From positions 306,153 through 370,152 of the forward strand of contig ML996697.1 in the NCBI GenBank assembly GCA_010356995.1: a stretch of DNA of 64,000 nt. The letters are read 5' to 3'. The notes under the pieces were generated by a model that ran no database searches, had not been told where the DNA came from, and saw only the letters and a list, made by a program, of their open reading frames with translations. This DNA is from Trichodelitschia bisporula. Taxonomy: Eukaryota. This document shows, one piece after another, positions 23,156 through 37,111 of this stretch (position 1 is its first letter; each line of letters begins with the position of its first letter). The translations under genes and the position numbers were made by a program.

Positions 23156-24646
23156 TCCCACGGGAGGCCAGCGGCCGCGTCGGGGGCTTTTGTTGCTGTC
23201 ACAGGTTTAACCGGTTTAACGAATTCACCGCTCCGCATCCGCAGCAGTGGTGGCCACAGGAGTGGGGGCAGTGGCGATAGAGTTCGTCAAGGTCACGAGA
23301 GAAGGCGCGGTGCACAGGGATCCGGTCGGAGGCTGGACGAGGCAGGCCGATGTTGAGATACATGGAACTGGAAAGATGGTTAATTTCGGATCAAAGAGGA
23401 GAAGAAGGCAGACGGCAGATCAGCAGGAACAGGAACACACTCAGAGCCAGAAAGAAAGATGCGGGATTGCGTACAGTTTACGCCCGGCTGAGCTACGTGG
23501 TGGGGGAGAGGGGGGTATAGGGTAGCAAGGCGGGACGTGCGGCAGGGTGAGAGGCCGCTGCGCATAACAATTGGGAGGAAAAAAGGGAAAAGGAAAAAAG
23601 AAAAGAGGAAGGAGTAAGAAGAGCAAGGCAAGCAGCATGCGGGAAGCAATAGGAAGGGAAAGATTTACGGGAGCGGCTTACTTACACCAAGAGAGGGGCA
23701 GTTCCCGGTTCAGGCTGACGGGTGCGACAGCAGAGGATGAAGAGCCTCAATGAGTACAACGGTTGGGTCGTACCCGGCGGCGGAGCGGTGGGGCGTGCGG
23801 GGGTTAGGGAGGGAGGGGTGTGGGGGTGGAGGGGAGAGGCCGGTTTGAGAGTACAATAGCTGAGGAAGAAGCTTCGACTTCGCCGATCGAACCGATCAAA
23901 AAGCGGAGATGGCTTGACGGAAGCGATGTTGATATGGTGGTGGGTGATCGATATGAAGGGGGGTTTACGCTGTTCGGGAGGTGGATGATGGGGGGGGAGG
24001 GGGATCGTGGATCAGATGTGCACAGCACCGGGCTGGTGAGCTTGGGTGGTGGATTGGATAGGGCCTTTCGGTGATGAGACGTTTCCGGCGAGTGCAGACG
24101 GGACGAGGCAGGCTGGCCTGGTCAGAACGGAGGCGGGGGAGCGAGTCGTGATAAGTTCGCAACAGCTCGCAGGACGCAAGATGGCGGATAGGTCAACAAC
24201 GTGACGGTTTAGGGAAGGAGGTGGAACTTTGCTGGTTGCTTGGACAGGAAAAGAAGCCAAAGAGAGGTTAAGCTGTGAAGTGCGTGTCGAGCGCGGCGGA
24301 GCACTGCGGATTTGTGTGGGTCGTTGCGCGCGCGCAGCGGCAGCGGGAAGAGCGGGGGGACTTGCAGTGTCGCGGCGCAATTGGAAGATTCGGGGTGAGG
24401 GCACAGTGACAGGCTTCCTAGCGATGATGCGATGGCGAGCTACTGGGTAAGGGAGGGGAGGGGTGGGGCGCGGTGGTCATAAGATGAAGAGAGTGTACGA
24501 TGGGATGTCGTTGATGGGAGAGACGACGTGAGAGGGAGAAGCTGACGAAGAAAAAGAAAAAGTCGACGATGGTGCCGATGATGGGCCAAAGCGATGCATA
24601 CTACGGATTACGTCGAGGTACGGAGTACTCGTAGTCAAGTACGTGG

Positions 24647-24698
24647 GATATGGATAGGAATAGGGATGAGGATAGGGATAGGGATAGGGATAGGGATA
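24647..24698. repeat. (GGATAG)n hexanucleotide microsatellite
   Basis: Read directly from the sequence. Confidence 0.85.
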
Positions 24699-27004
24699 CG
24701 GTAAGAAATATGACTGATGACTGGAAAAGGGAAAGAAGAAGGGGAAGAAGACTAGAACTAGAACTAGCTGAGGGGCATGCGATGCTGGTGCGGCTGCGCA
24801 AGAGATGATGTTCCGCTGCACATCAGGACGAAGACAGACACGCCCAAAGCCACAAGTCCAGGAGAGAACAACTGGAAGCCGCAAAGCCATGGCGAATATT
24901 ACTCCCTTCGCCGCCATCCGCCATAGTCCACTTCAACCACACCGCAGTACACTACCCGACATCCCGCCGGCACAGCCTCACTGCATCGTGCTGCATCCCG
25001 CCGCGCGGACTACTTCCCATCGGGCGGAGGACTTCCATCGGCACCGAAGGGACCACAACCCCGACCTCGACCTCAACCCCGAACCTCACCCCAAGAGAAC
25101 ACAACCCACGCCCTTCTCGCCAGCAAACTCCCACTCCCAATTCCTCATCAACATCCCCTCTTCACCCCCCCATTCCCTCAGCCAATCCCCATCTCCCGTC
25201 AAGCGGCCAACCAGCCGCACTTGAGCCGCGCTAGCTATGCGGCTTCTCGCGTCCGTGCGCACACAACTAGCGGCGCAAAGAGGCCGAGTCCAGCCAACGG
25301 GCGCGCGCGCAATATCGCGGGCGCGGTGTGAGCCTCTAGCTTGCCGGCCCGCCGATGAGCCAGACGATACCTTGCTCCCCATCTACGCTGTGTAGATCCA
25401 ACTCACCGTGGTCGTCGCGACAGAAGTATTTATCAGAGATAGAGTGTGATGTGCGCGATCCTACTTCTTCAGCGGCCCCCGGCTGAAGAGGGGGGGTGCG
25501 TTCGTGGGCGAGCTCGTTTTGCAGCGGTTTTGGCGGCAGGGCGGCGGGCGTGGGCAAATGCCGCATGAGGGGGGCGGAGGAGGAATATCATTGGCTAGGG
25601 AGAGAAGGCGGGGTGGGAGGGGTGAGCTGGGCGATTGGGTGCCTTGATACGAGGTCGAAGGAGAAGAATGGGGATTGGAGGGTCGAGACGTGGTGGTGAT
25701 GGCGTGAAGGAATGAGGGGTGGACGTGGTAGTCGTGATGGTAGTGACGGGACCGTGATGGTGAACAAGGGAAAAGTCGTGGTTGTGCCTGCGATGCAGCT
25801 TTCCTAATACCCATGTGCGTCTCCTTCTCATCACAGCCTCACCTTCAGTTTTGTACCACCTCCCGCAGAAGAGGATGTACCTCGCCCAGCAGCCCAAAGG
25901 TCACTGTAGTACAAGACACCATGTTGATCATCCTCCTGCCCACCACCCGCGCCCCTGGGAATTCGCAGCATCCCAGCGTAGGGCAGCGAACGCGCATAAT
26001 GTCGGCTGCCTGATGCCTCACGCCGCGCAAGCAGGCAGAGCTCAGCCGCCTCACTCGCAGCGTCCTCGCAAAGCTGCATCCTCGCATCATCCCACGTGCA
26101 TGCTAGAACTAAACCCCATTCTTCACCGCACCCTCCACTCCCCGCCCATTCTCAGCACGGAAGCACCTCCAGCCACAACCAGCACACTTCAGGCACCCAT
26201 CGCAGGTGCGATGCCCAGGCAAGTCGCATTGCCTCTCGTGATGATAACCGACGGCCCGTCGCCTGTCCACCTCCTCCACCCCGACCACCCGCTTGCCCCC
26301 AGCAGGCAGGCACCGCGAACGGGCGACGGGCCAGACCGCCTCCGCTGCGGGCAACGCAAGTCAGCGCTCGCGCAAACGAGGCGTTGGCGACAACGCACCT
26401 CCAAGCCAGCCCACTTGCCCCATCGGGGTTGCAGCCCTAACACCCCCGTCTCCCTTTCCTGGTCTACTGTGTCCAAGTGAGCCCAGAAGCGAGGCTCAGC
26501 GTGCATTGAAAACTGATGCCGTCGGCCCTGGGTCTTGGGGCCTGGAGTCTGCTGTGGGCTAGCCTCGTTGGGAAGGTGTAGGGGTCCCGATTCGGGACTG
26601 GGCATGGCGTGGGTTAGGCCGTGGTGTGGGGATGGGAACGGGGCTGGTGGGTTAGGGAAGAGAGTCGGGATATATGTAGGCACGCAATCAAAGGTGAGAC
26701 AGAAACCACAGGTCGGGGATATCATCAGCCGCTCCCATCTATTGCTCTACTGCAGTGCTGGTACAAAGCCGTCTAGAAGCGCGTCAACCCGTCTAGAAGC
26801 CCGTCTAGAAGCGTGAGAAAAACGGCCGCCTTCTAGTTCTACATCGCAATCGCATCTAAAGTCGCTGCAATAACAACAGACATACACAGTCCCTAGCACA
26901 CGCCGACCTCATAAGGGCAGAGAAACAAACACCGATGCACCGAACGCCACCATGCCACCCACCACCGAACCCGCTCCTTACGCGAAATCGCAGAATGGAC
27001 CATG

Positions 27005-29160
27005 CTAGTTCGAGGGGCCCTTGCCCACGAACGGCAGCTTCACGCCCTCGGGAACACGGGGACGGCCGAAATTTTGATCAAGATCAAGAATGATCTTGAG
27101 GGCATTGCGAGATCGCAGGAACGGCAGCGGGGTGCTCGACGCAGCCGGTATAGGTGCCACGCCCGCCGTCGCCACGTCGTGACCGCCAGGCAGCGGAAGC
27201 ACGTTTTGCAGAACCTCATACCCAGCCAGAGTGAAGCCGAACTGCGGGGAAGAGCGCATGATTCGAGCCGGACCACCCTTGAAGAAAGCTTTGAAGCCTT
27301 CCTGCTGCCAGATCTTCTGCGCGGCATCGCGGAGCGTGGTGTATGATTGCTCGCCCTTGCGGGCCTCGACTTGCAGGCGCGTCTTGATCACGTCGCACGG
27401 AGTCGTCAGGTACGCCGCGGGCATGCCGGCGATGGCACCAGCGGTCAGAAGCTGAAAAATTCCGAGCTTCTTGGTCTGCGACTCTCCGAAGTAATCGCGC
27501 TTCAGATGGTTGTAGGCCGGGAAGTAGATCGCCGAAAACGGAATATCACGCAGGAGGCATGCGCTGGCTCCCTTGTACAACCCGACAAGCCCCAAGTTCT
27601 TGACGATCCACATTGCGGAGCGCTTCGGAGCGCCAGGCATGGATTTTGAGACCTCGCCCTGAACCTGGAGGCGAATCTTTACGATCTCCAAGGGGTTGGT
27701 GAAGATCTGCGAGGTTAGCTGTGCCGAGCCTCAGGGAACATGGTACCACATACCACTTGACAGCCACCAGCAGCACCACCTGCCAGGAGTTCGTGACCCA
27801 ACCAGATCGCCCCGGTCTCCGGGTCGCTGAACTTCCCACGAACAAGGTCGTTCACGGTAAGTTTTATGGCCTTCTCCGGTGCGACGCCGACCATTTGCGG
27901 GAGAACGCCGGAGTAGAGGCCCTTCACACCCTCCTGTTTAATGACCTTCCGCGCGCAGTCCAAAGAGTTCTTGTACAACATCTCACCCACCCGACCGCTA
28001 CGCTGATTTTGCATCCGCGTCTTCACGAGGTCGATGGGATAGACCATGAAAGCGCCGAACGCGCCAGCGACGCTCCCGAGGGCGAAGTGGTGGACAGACT
28101 CTGCCACTTGTCGCAGAACATTGCCGCTCATAGTTTCCTCGGCGGCGTTAGAACCGCGATCAAGGGCGTGCTGCCACGACGAGTCGAGAACCTTGGCGAA
28201 GTCGGCCAGGGAGAGGCGACCCGACGGTTCGTCGATGGAAGCGAAATGGAAAAGGATGTCGGCTTCCATCGGGGAAAATAAGGAGAAACGGGTGACCCGA
28301 GCCGCCTCGTTCAAGAACTCTGTCTTGTCCACCCGGCCATCACGACTCTTAGACGTTGCGCTGCGCACAACAAGCTCGACCAGGTCCATCTCGCGGACAA
28401 GATTTTGAAACGCCCTCACGTTTGCGTAGGACACTTTGGTGCCCGGCGAGATGTTGCACAGAGTGTGCAGGTTGTCCAGGAGGTGGTCAGACAACTTGTG
28501 CTGAGCGGTCTCCTGAATGATCCGCTGAAAGTCTTCCGGCTCAATGTAGCCATCTTGATCCTTGTCAAGATGCTTAAAGGCCTGACGGATGCGCTCTCCC
28601 TGCAAGCCACGCAGCATTTGCGAGAACTGTCCGTATGTCATTTCGTGACGCTTGTCGCGGCCACCAACGTACAGCGCCGCCCACTCGGAAGACCAGTCGA
28701 AGGGAAGGCTACCAGGTGCTTTATTCTCCTGGAATGTCTGGACGAACTGCTTGAAATCAATCGTTCCAGTTCCCTTATGATCGAACAGGCGAAACGCAAT
28801 TTCGTATTCGGCGTCGGCCTTTTCGAGCAAATTCGTGAATGCGCCCCAGTCCTGAAGGGACACCTTGCCCTTTTTATGGCGGTCGGCCACATTGAATAAG
28901 ATCGCATACTGAGTACGCTTGATCTTATGCTGCTACAGTTAGCGCCATCACATAGTAATGCGCATGCGACTCACGTAGTCCTCCCCTGAAGGCGCGATCG
29001 CATCAACAAACGCCTCTTCGGTGAGGTACTGATCGCCAGAGCTATCGGTCACCGCATGCTTTAGGAAAGCATTGCGAGCCAAGGTAGAGAGCTGTGGCTC
29101 CAGGGCGGTTCCGACCAGCGCATCATGGACAGCGCTCTTCACGCTGGTAGTTGTCGTCAT
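27005..29160 (-). CDS. AGC1: Ca-binding mitochondrial aspartate-glutamate carrier (Agc1/Aralar/citrin); introns ~28933-28974 and 27707-27753
   Basis: EF-hands (DKDQDGYIE); three carrier repeats YPIDLVKTRMQ, NPLEIVKIRLQ, TPCDVIKTRLQ; RSSPQFGFTL. Confidence 0.95.
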
Positions 29161-30696
29161 TGTGGGTGTTGTTGTGGAGAAAGAGCGTTTGTGGGGAGAG
29201 AAATTGAGTCGAAGGGTTGGAGAGCTCGAAGTTCTGGAAGGCGCGACCGAGGGTCTCCTCGGTTCCTATTGGCCAGGAAGGCCCGTTTGCTTGTGCACGC
29301 GGGGTCCGGGGGTAGAATTCTTCCTCCCCTTTTTGTTTTTCGCGAATATCCCGCGCAAAAATGTCGCCAACGTGTGATTTTTGGTTTATGAAGGGAATTG
29401 AATGGGGTGATGAGAGTCCAATGCGGCGGTAAAGTGTGACGAGCACTTCTTTTTGCTGCCGCTGCTCTAGAACTAGCGATTCCACTAAGAGTCTTCACTA
29501 ATAGCATTCACTAAGATTGTCGCGTCTACCGCGGAACCGAGTGCCGACCCCGGAATTTACGCGCTCCAGTATGGCCACATTACGTAGCCGGATTTGCACA
29601 GTCGGTAAATTTGCACATGGCCAGATGATTCTCCCAAGGGTGCTTTATCAACCACCACTGCTCTGCGACATTGCATACACTGTCAAAACACCATCAACGC
29701 AATGTACCTGCTATCGAGCCGCGGTCCACCTCCTTTCGCTATTGCCATCCGGAGCCGGGCGTCAGATGCCGTACTAGTTCTACAGTAGGCGCACTGGCTA
29801 GCAGCGCGGGGGCCATCGGAATGGGCCGGAACGCGGGGTCGGGCGGCTTCGGCGGAAGCCCGTGTGTGCGGGGCGCGGATATGGAGCCGTGCGCTTGCGG
29901 AGGTGGGATCCGGCGTGTGGGGTTTGGAGGGGTACTCGACCAGTTCACCATAAGCCGGCGGAAGTAGGTATTCGACGCCGTTCAACAACACCACAGTTCG
30001 GAGTGGGCGGAACGACTGTTCGGCCCGGACAATTCTTCTCCCTCTCCCTCTGCATCAGTGAGAAGCCTGCAGTGTTTCGATTATCTGCACGAACTAGATC
30101 ATGATTCTATCCGAATTTTATTCCACATTCTTGATTCCGAGTCCATCTAGTGTCTAGTTCTAGTTCTCAGCGCTACATAGCATAAACAAGTCGACCTGCT
30201 TCCATTCAACGTCAACTCTCCCTCGCCACAAGCTGGAGAGCTACGTCCGTCAGCCATCTTAAACACACCCGACCTATACAGAGACTATGCTAAGTCATCC
30301 AGTTCTCAGGCCAGGAACCGCCGAAGCGCAAACTGAATCCTCATGTGCTAACCGTTGGCGACCTTCTCCTGTGGCAGCCCAAGGCTGGCTGAAACAGCTA
30401 AAGTTTGGGAACAATCTCGTTGCTATCATGCCCTGCCCATCTGCCCGAAGGAGCAGCAACGAGTTTCTTGAACCTGCGCTAAGATGATTGGCCACTGAAC
30501 ACCACATGGGGGCGGCGCAGTGTCGCAGCCCCTAGCCCTGGAACAGAGCCGCTTGCCACTTTCACAATGTATCCCGGCTTCATCGATCCAGAAGATATGG
30601 CACATATGGCACATATACCCATCATGCCGTCGCGGTGTGCGGCTACGTACCATCACAATTCACCTCACTCAGCATATATCTCCCCGCCAAGGCAAC

Positions 30697-33105
30697 ATGG
30701 GAGGCAACTACGTCTCTTCGAAGAGCACGGAATCGACGTACTCTTCGCTCGACTCGAGCACTGGAGACGCGGATATGGAATCCGAAATCGAAACGCCGAA
30801 GAAACGATCATGGATAGAACGCAACGCTGGCTGGAGACGCGGCATACTGAACTGCGCATATTCCGCGTCACTCGTATTCGTCCTAAACCTCGCCGGACTG
30901 GTTTGGATTTTAAAAAAGCACGTAGATGTATCGAATTCAGATTCATCTGATGTGGATACATCTGATGGGAGGCTTGTCCTGTTCGAAGGAAGTTGCGAAA
31001 TGACAAAGAAGATGAATATCGCCCTTCATTTGCTCATAAACATCCTCAGCACTGCCCTTCTCGGTGCCAGCAATTATTGCCAACAATGTCTTTCCGCGCC
31101 AACGAGGTCTGAGGTTGAACGCGCACACGGCAGGGGCAAGTGGCTTGACATAGGCGTGCCCAGCATTCGAAATCTCAGGGAAATCAGCAAGCGACGTCTT
31201 CTGCTTTGGTGTCTCTTAGCAGCTTCGTCGCTTCCTTTGCATCTTTAGTAAGTTCCAAGTGGGACAGACATGTTTCGGTGCTGACAGCGTAGCTACAATT
31301 CGACTGTGTTCTCCAGCATTGCCGCGAACGAATGCATTATCTTCTCCGTCACCGAAACTTTTTTAGATGTCTCGAAGAAACTCGAGGACCAGGGCGTCAT
31401 CTACGGGTGGGACTATGACTCGAAAAACATGAGTATGGGCAGTGCCAATGGCCCCAGTAACGTGAGCATCATCAATAACGATATCCCAACTCGGTACATT
31501 CCCACGAAAGATATCGCTGACCTGATGAGCCAATCGTTGCTCAATACTCTCAACGGGGGAATGGAAAAACTGGAGAAGGAGGACTGCTTAGCAGCCTATG
31601 TCCAGGACTTCAAAACTGTACGAGGGCACCTACTTCTGGTTTCGCCCGAGTCGGAAAGCTGGCCGGGCCCCCATTATGAGCCTGGGGCCGCTGTCGCCGC
31701 CGTTGAAGCCATTGACCCTGTCCTTGGAGCCGACAAGGACGACTGCTTGCCTGGGAGCTGGGTCTGTGGGGCCAACTGGCCCTGTAGCATGCCCTGCAAG
31801 TCTCAGCTAAAAGGACTGCAAGCAAATAGCAGCCATTGGGAGCCTTTCGGGAAACATGTCGACTATTGCCTCAGTCAGCGAACGATCGAGCGTTGCCGTC
31901 TGCAATCCAGCACGCATCTGTCTATTGTTGTCACGGTCGTATGCTTCTTAAAGGCCGTTGCAATGTTTTGTGTTGTCTTTACAGCCAAGGACAGGCCGCT
32001 TCTCACTGTTGGCGATGCCATTTCCTCCTTCCTCCAGGAGCCTGACTTATACACCAAGGGCATGTGCCTTCGTTCCAAATCCGACTTCCGGAAGGCGCCT
32101 AAATTCCCCACGGATGATGTTTCTTCCTTCCTGTTGCAACCCATTGATCACAACAATAACCTCAAGATCCAACGCAGCGGCGGATGGGTGCCCCTGGCCA
32201 CGCGCTTCAATTCTCGTCCGCTTCGGTATTTCAGAGCCGTGAGCCGTCGACGCCTCATTGTTTGCGCCACCACGTTCGTGGTTCTTTTCAGTGTGTCCTC
32301 TTATTTGCTTTGGTACGGCGTCGACCAAGTGCGAAATATGCAAAACACATCGGATGTCTGGAAGCTTGGCTTGGGCGCGGTATATCCGGGAACGTTGATT
32401 GTATGGGGGCTTCCATCAGCAGGGGCGAGCGGTCTCATCCTGAACGTCGTTGTTGCCAACACACCGCAGCTGCTGCTCTCTTTCTTGTACCTCACTTGCA
32501 ACGGGCTCGTTACCACTCTGTGTCTGGCCCAGGAGTGGTCGCGGTATGCATTGGGCCGCAAGGGCCTGCGAGTCTCTGCTGGTCCCGAGGGTCACCAGCG
32601 AAGCACCTATTTCCTTCAACTTCCATACCGCTTCGGGCTTCCCCTGATGGCAGCTTCGGGAATCCTGCATTGGCTCATATCGCAGAGTTTATTCCTCGTT
32701 TCCATTGAGTATTGGAGATCGGGTGACGGCGGCCTCATAACGGATCGCAAACTCAGCTTGATTACCTGCGGGTACTCGCCTGTCGCAATGCTCGCCACGC
32801 TGATCGTTAGCATCTTCATTGCCGCGGCTATCATAGTCCTTGGCCGCAGGCGTCTAGCCAGCGGGATGCCGGTCGCTGGGAGTTGCAGCGCGGCGATTGC
32901 CGCTGCTTGCCAGCCTGAACCTGAAGGACAGGGTGATGCTGTGTGGTCAAAGATCAGATGGGGAGCACTGCCCTCGGAGGGGAGTGTTGGACATTGTACG
33001 TTTTCAGAGAATGAGGTGGAGGTTCCACGGGACGGGGAGTTGTATCAAGGGAGCGGAGCGATTTGGCGTCGGTCTGGACTGTTTACATTTTCAGCGGAGA
33101 GCTGA
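30697..33105 (+). CDS. Multi-pass membrane protein of the fungal DUF6536 type; intron 31248-31292
   Basis: HLLINILSTALLGASNYCQQCLSAPTRSEV..WLDIGVPSIRNL, SSLPLHL-YNS, ANTPQLLLS, QRSTYFLQLPYR, GSCSAAIAAAC. Confidence 0.88.
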
Positions 33106-34267
33106 TAATCAGCTAGTCATGAGTTTATGTCCAAACAACCGTGTCGTATGCCATATATCCGTTTGGGGTACGGCCGCTGAGGTGAGGCCGACGTTCTTCC
33201 TGTCATTTGATGCCCATAAGGCAACAAGACCTCCATGAGGCTGAAACATGTGACCGGATGTCCATCAGATCAGCGTTCAACCTTGAGTGGAGTCAAAAGG
33301 CTCTGCCACTCATGATACTGTACCACAGTTGACCCAAACGGTTGAGCGCACTGCGTTCAAAACTCGAGCACGATCGTAAACATCTCGCGGCGCACTTGCG
33401 TGACCTACGAGTACCGCCGATAAGATGCCAACTTTGACCAGCCACAAAAATCAACCCCACCAACAGGATTCTGATGTGCTCACTATCCCGCAGACAGCCC
33501 GCCACACCAAAGGCCGATAGCCGGAGTCTCGGCCTTGCTCTATCCCGGCAAGGCTGAGCTCCTCGCTCCTTCGTGCAGGATGCATATGCGATAAGATGTT
33601 CGGCTAAATGGCGCTTGCGAGTGATCATCGCACCGAAGAACGCGTATTTCCATGGCCCACGAACAACTTACCCATGGAAGGTTCACATCGCTACCCAGCT
33701 GGTAGGAATTTGGGAGCTTTTGCAGCTGGTAGAGCTCCCAACGTGCGTTGGTGAAGGGCAGTCTGGTTGTGGCGCCTGCGCGTCTCGTCTGTGGTGGCCG
33801 GTGGTTGGTCCGGGCTGCATAGCGCAACCCCAGCTTCATGCAAGACTCTTCCATCCAACCTCCGGCCCCCGCACCATGTTGAAGCGCTCGAGTCCCCGCC
33901 CGCTCCCGCTTGTTTGTCAGTATCGCACCCCTCACCGCATCGCCGGGCTCGACCCGTCCCGCGGGCGAATCCGCGCGAGCCCACGATGCAGGTAAGCAAA
34001 TGCCTGCTTAGGCGACGTGGGCGGGTGCCGCAACATAGGCCCAATGGGGTACAACGAGCACCCCGCCAAAGCTGAATTTCTGTCGGTGGGGTCTGATCAC
34101 CCTGCTGAGGCTCTGATTTGTACGGGAACTTATGCTCGCTGCCTGCTGCTGTTGTCCTGGCGCAAGGATTTTCGCCGCGTTTTTGCGGATCGTTCGTATC
34201 TGTACCCACGATACTGACTTCGTTGGATTGAGGAGAGGATGAGCACGGGTTTGGTGTTGATATCACA

Positions 34268-36040
34268 ATGGCCCCAGTGGTCGCTCTTCTCGTAGCGGCA
34301 CTGCTACAGCTGCCTATTATCCATGGCCAAGTGGTAGGAGTTGATCTCTGCATGAGCTGGACGCTTCTGATTCTCCAAAGACAAATGGAACAACAACAGT
34401 TGCCAGCACAAAATCGCCCGACCCACCACCTTCACCCGTACCGCTGCCCTCGACAACTCCGCGTAGGTCTGTCGTCAGATCAAGGTAGCGAGCTAACGAG
34501 CCTAGTGACGACTACGACCACGCCAACAGTAGACACACCAACGCCAGCGCCCGCGCCAGCGCCCACGCCATCATCCTCCAAATCCTCTCCCAGCCCAACT
34601 CCGACTCCCGCTCCGGCTCCCGTTGCCTCCAGTACGGTCTCTCCTTTACCTTTAGCAGCGTCCTAACTGTCGCAGCACCATCTCCAGAAGCAAGTCCAGC
34701 ACCAGCTCCGGCCCCCGCCCCCGTCCCAGCCTCGTCTTCGTCGCACGCGCCTGCCCCTCCACCCGCTGTCGCCCCCGCTCCCGCCCCACCTCGCACTTCG
34801 ACACTCACCCAAACCGTCTCCATAGTCTCCGTGCCCGCCACGGTCGTAGACCTGACTGTTACCCTTCCTGCGCCGGTAACCGCATCGCCCCTCCCAGGCG
34901 GACAGGCGCAGGCCGCGCGAGCGACCACCGCTTTCTTCCCCTCCGGTACTTACACCGGTCAAGCCTTGCTGACCCAGTCGTGCACCATCCCCGTGTACAC
35001 GCCGATCCCGCTTCCGGATGGCAGTTACCTGGAGGCGCCCTTGATCGGGTGCGCCGATGTGCGGCCCGAATGCTGTCCACCGCTCGGGAAGGTCGTCATT
35101 CCGCTAAATGACACTACGGGGCAGACGGCTGGGACGTTGATGGTGGCGGCTTTAGCCCAGCAGCCGCTGACGGCCTGTCCCGCCGATTATAGCAAAGTTT
35201 CGGGCAAAGTCTGCTGTCCTGGGTACGTTTTCCGGTCTCGATGATCGAAATACTCACGCATTTAGTGGCTTCACCCAATACTTTCGCCCTATAGCGCACC
35301 AAACCCCATGCGCTTCTCAGCTCCCTTGGACCATCAGCGTTCCCTCAGCCGTCGTATCTCAGCTCTCAGTCATGAACACGGCAGTCGGTTCCCAACCAAC
35401 AGACATCATCCTCGTCATGGACCACGTCTTCGCGCTCGCTCTCCCCCTAGTAACCAAATCCTCCGGCATCCTCAGCACGCCCCTTAAAGTTGGCATCGGC
35501 GTCGGCGCCGGCGTAGGCGGCGCTCTTTTCCTCGCTCTCGCCTTCCTCCCCTTCTTCCTCCTCCGCCGGCGTCGGCGGCGTCGAGACGGCTACACGCGGC
35601 CCACGCCCACACGGCCACCCGTCCGGCACATGAGCGACAGCATGACCAGCGCAAGCACCATGATGCCGCTTCACACGCCACCGTTGCACACGCCGTCCCA
35701 CTCCGTCGTCGAGACCGCCCCGCACCACAGCCACACCAACAGCATGCGCACCGCGAGCACGCACTACAGCGAGCCGGACGCTGAGGCCATGGCGCTGGGG
35801 ATGACGGGGCCGGTATCGCCGAGCCAACAGGACTGGGCCCAGCGCAAGGCAGACGAGTATCGCACTCTAAGGAGGCCGATTCCGCAGCGGGGGGTGGCGA
35901 GTCCGCCGAATTTGACGCCGTTGGAGGGTGGGGATGCGTGGGAAGAGGAGAGTGTGGAGGCGGTGCAGGAGCGCATGAGTCCGCCGCTTGTGGTGGTGAA
36001 TACGGCGGCGGATCGGGCGGGGGTGGAGTCGAGGTTTTAG
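34268..36040 (+). CDS. Putative type I membrane / cell-surface protein: signal peptide, Pro/Ser/Thr stalk, Cys-rich domain, TM helix, poly-Arg stop-transfer; about 4 introns
   Basis: MAPVVALLVAALLQ; GC...PECCP, CPADY, CCP.G; VGIGVGAGVGGALFLALAFLPFFLLRRRRR; GT..AG introns join the frames. Confidence 0.75.
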
Positions 36041-37111
36041 ACGGGGATGGGACGCTCGCTTTTTTATGTTTGGGACTTGCATTGCGGTGAGCCGCTAGGA
36101 CGCTCGTTCGCGATTTGGCGTTTGGTGTTGGCTTGGTTGTATACTGTGAGGCGATTCTTTGGGTATTGTTGCGTGGCTAACGGGTACAGGTCGCTGATGG
36201 CTATATATCGCACGATTGACGAGGTTATGGGATGGAGACGCATTCGTTATACCCAGCGAATATATTCGCATGTTCACTTTCTCCCGCAACTGACATCGTT
36301 GAGTGAGAACTCGCTCAATCGGTATCCCAGTCCGGTACTCCAGCATGATCGACCACGAAAGTAGGTCAAAGACAAGGCTGCCGCATCACGGTCCGCGACG
36401 GCGGCTTGGATGGCCGACTGTTACGCAATCTGCCAGACCCGTGCATATTCTAGCTGCGGCGCGCGGGGACGGGACTGTGCTCTCGCACTACAGTTCCTTA
36501 AGACTAGTGCGTGCATGTACTCTCGCGGGGCCTGGGATTCTAAACAGACATCAAATTTCCGCGTGACAAGCGCTATACACGCTCCAGATGATATGCTCAA
36601 GCCCATAGTTCATATTCTCCTTCGTACAAACTACCACGTCGCTCCACCTCCACCCCCTCCCCCACCCCCGTACAGCCGATTCACCGATCCGCGCCCACCC
36701 CCGCATCGAGCACAGCATATGCATACCACCCCGCGTGGTCGCCCGCGATCAGGAACCGACACCGGCTCTAGCGCCTCGCACAGCGTCTTTAGCCTCCGAT
36801 TCTCCCATCTCGCCGTTCTTATAGCCCACAGGGCGAATAGGGAGCCCCTCTGCGCTGGATAGACGAACCTGGTCGCCTGGAGCAGTCGTAGTGTCTGGTC
36901 CGTGGACTGTAAGGCTGGGGCCTCCGCATATTAGCCCCTCAGACTGGTAGGTAAAGCATTATTGCCTGCCATGCGCGCCTGAGGCTGCGTTTCAGAAAGA
37001 AAGAACTGACCAGGGCCCGTCCCACCGTCCAACTCAATATAACCCGGTCGTCGTCGCGGCCTCGCGCTCCACGTCCGGCACGCCCTCCATGAGAGCACAC
37101 CCACCACGAAG

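Noticed and set aside
28930..28935. TAGCAG tandem acceptor in AGC1 intron 1
   Set aside because: Common NAGNAG pattern that changes only one Gln
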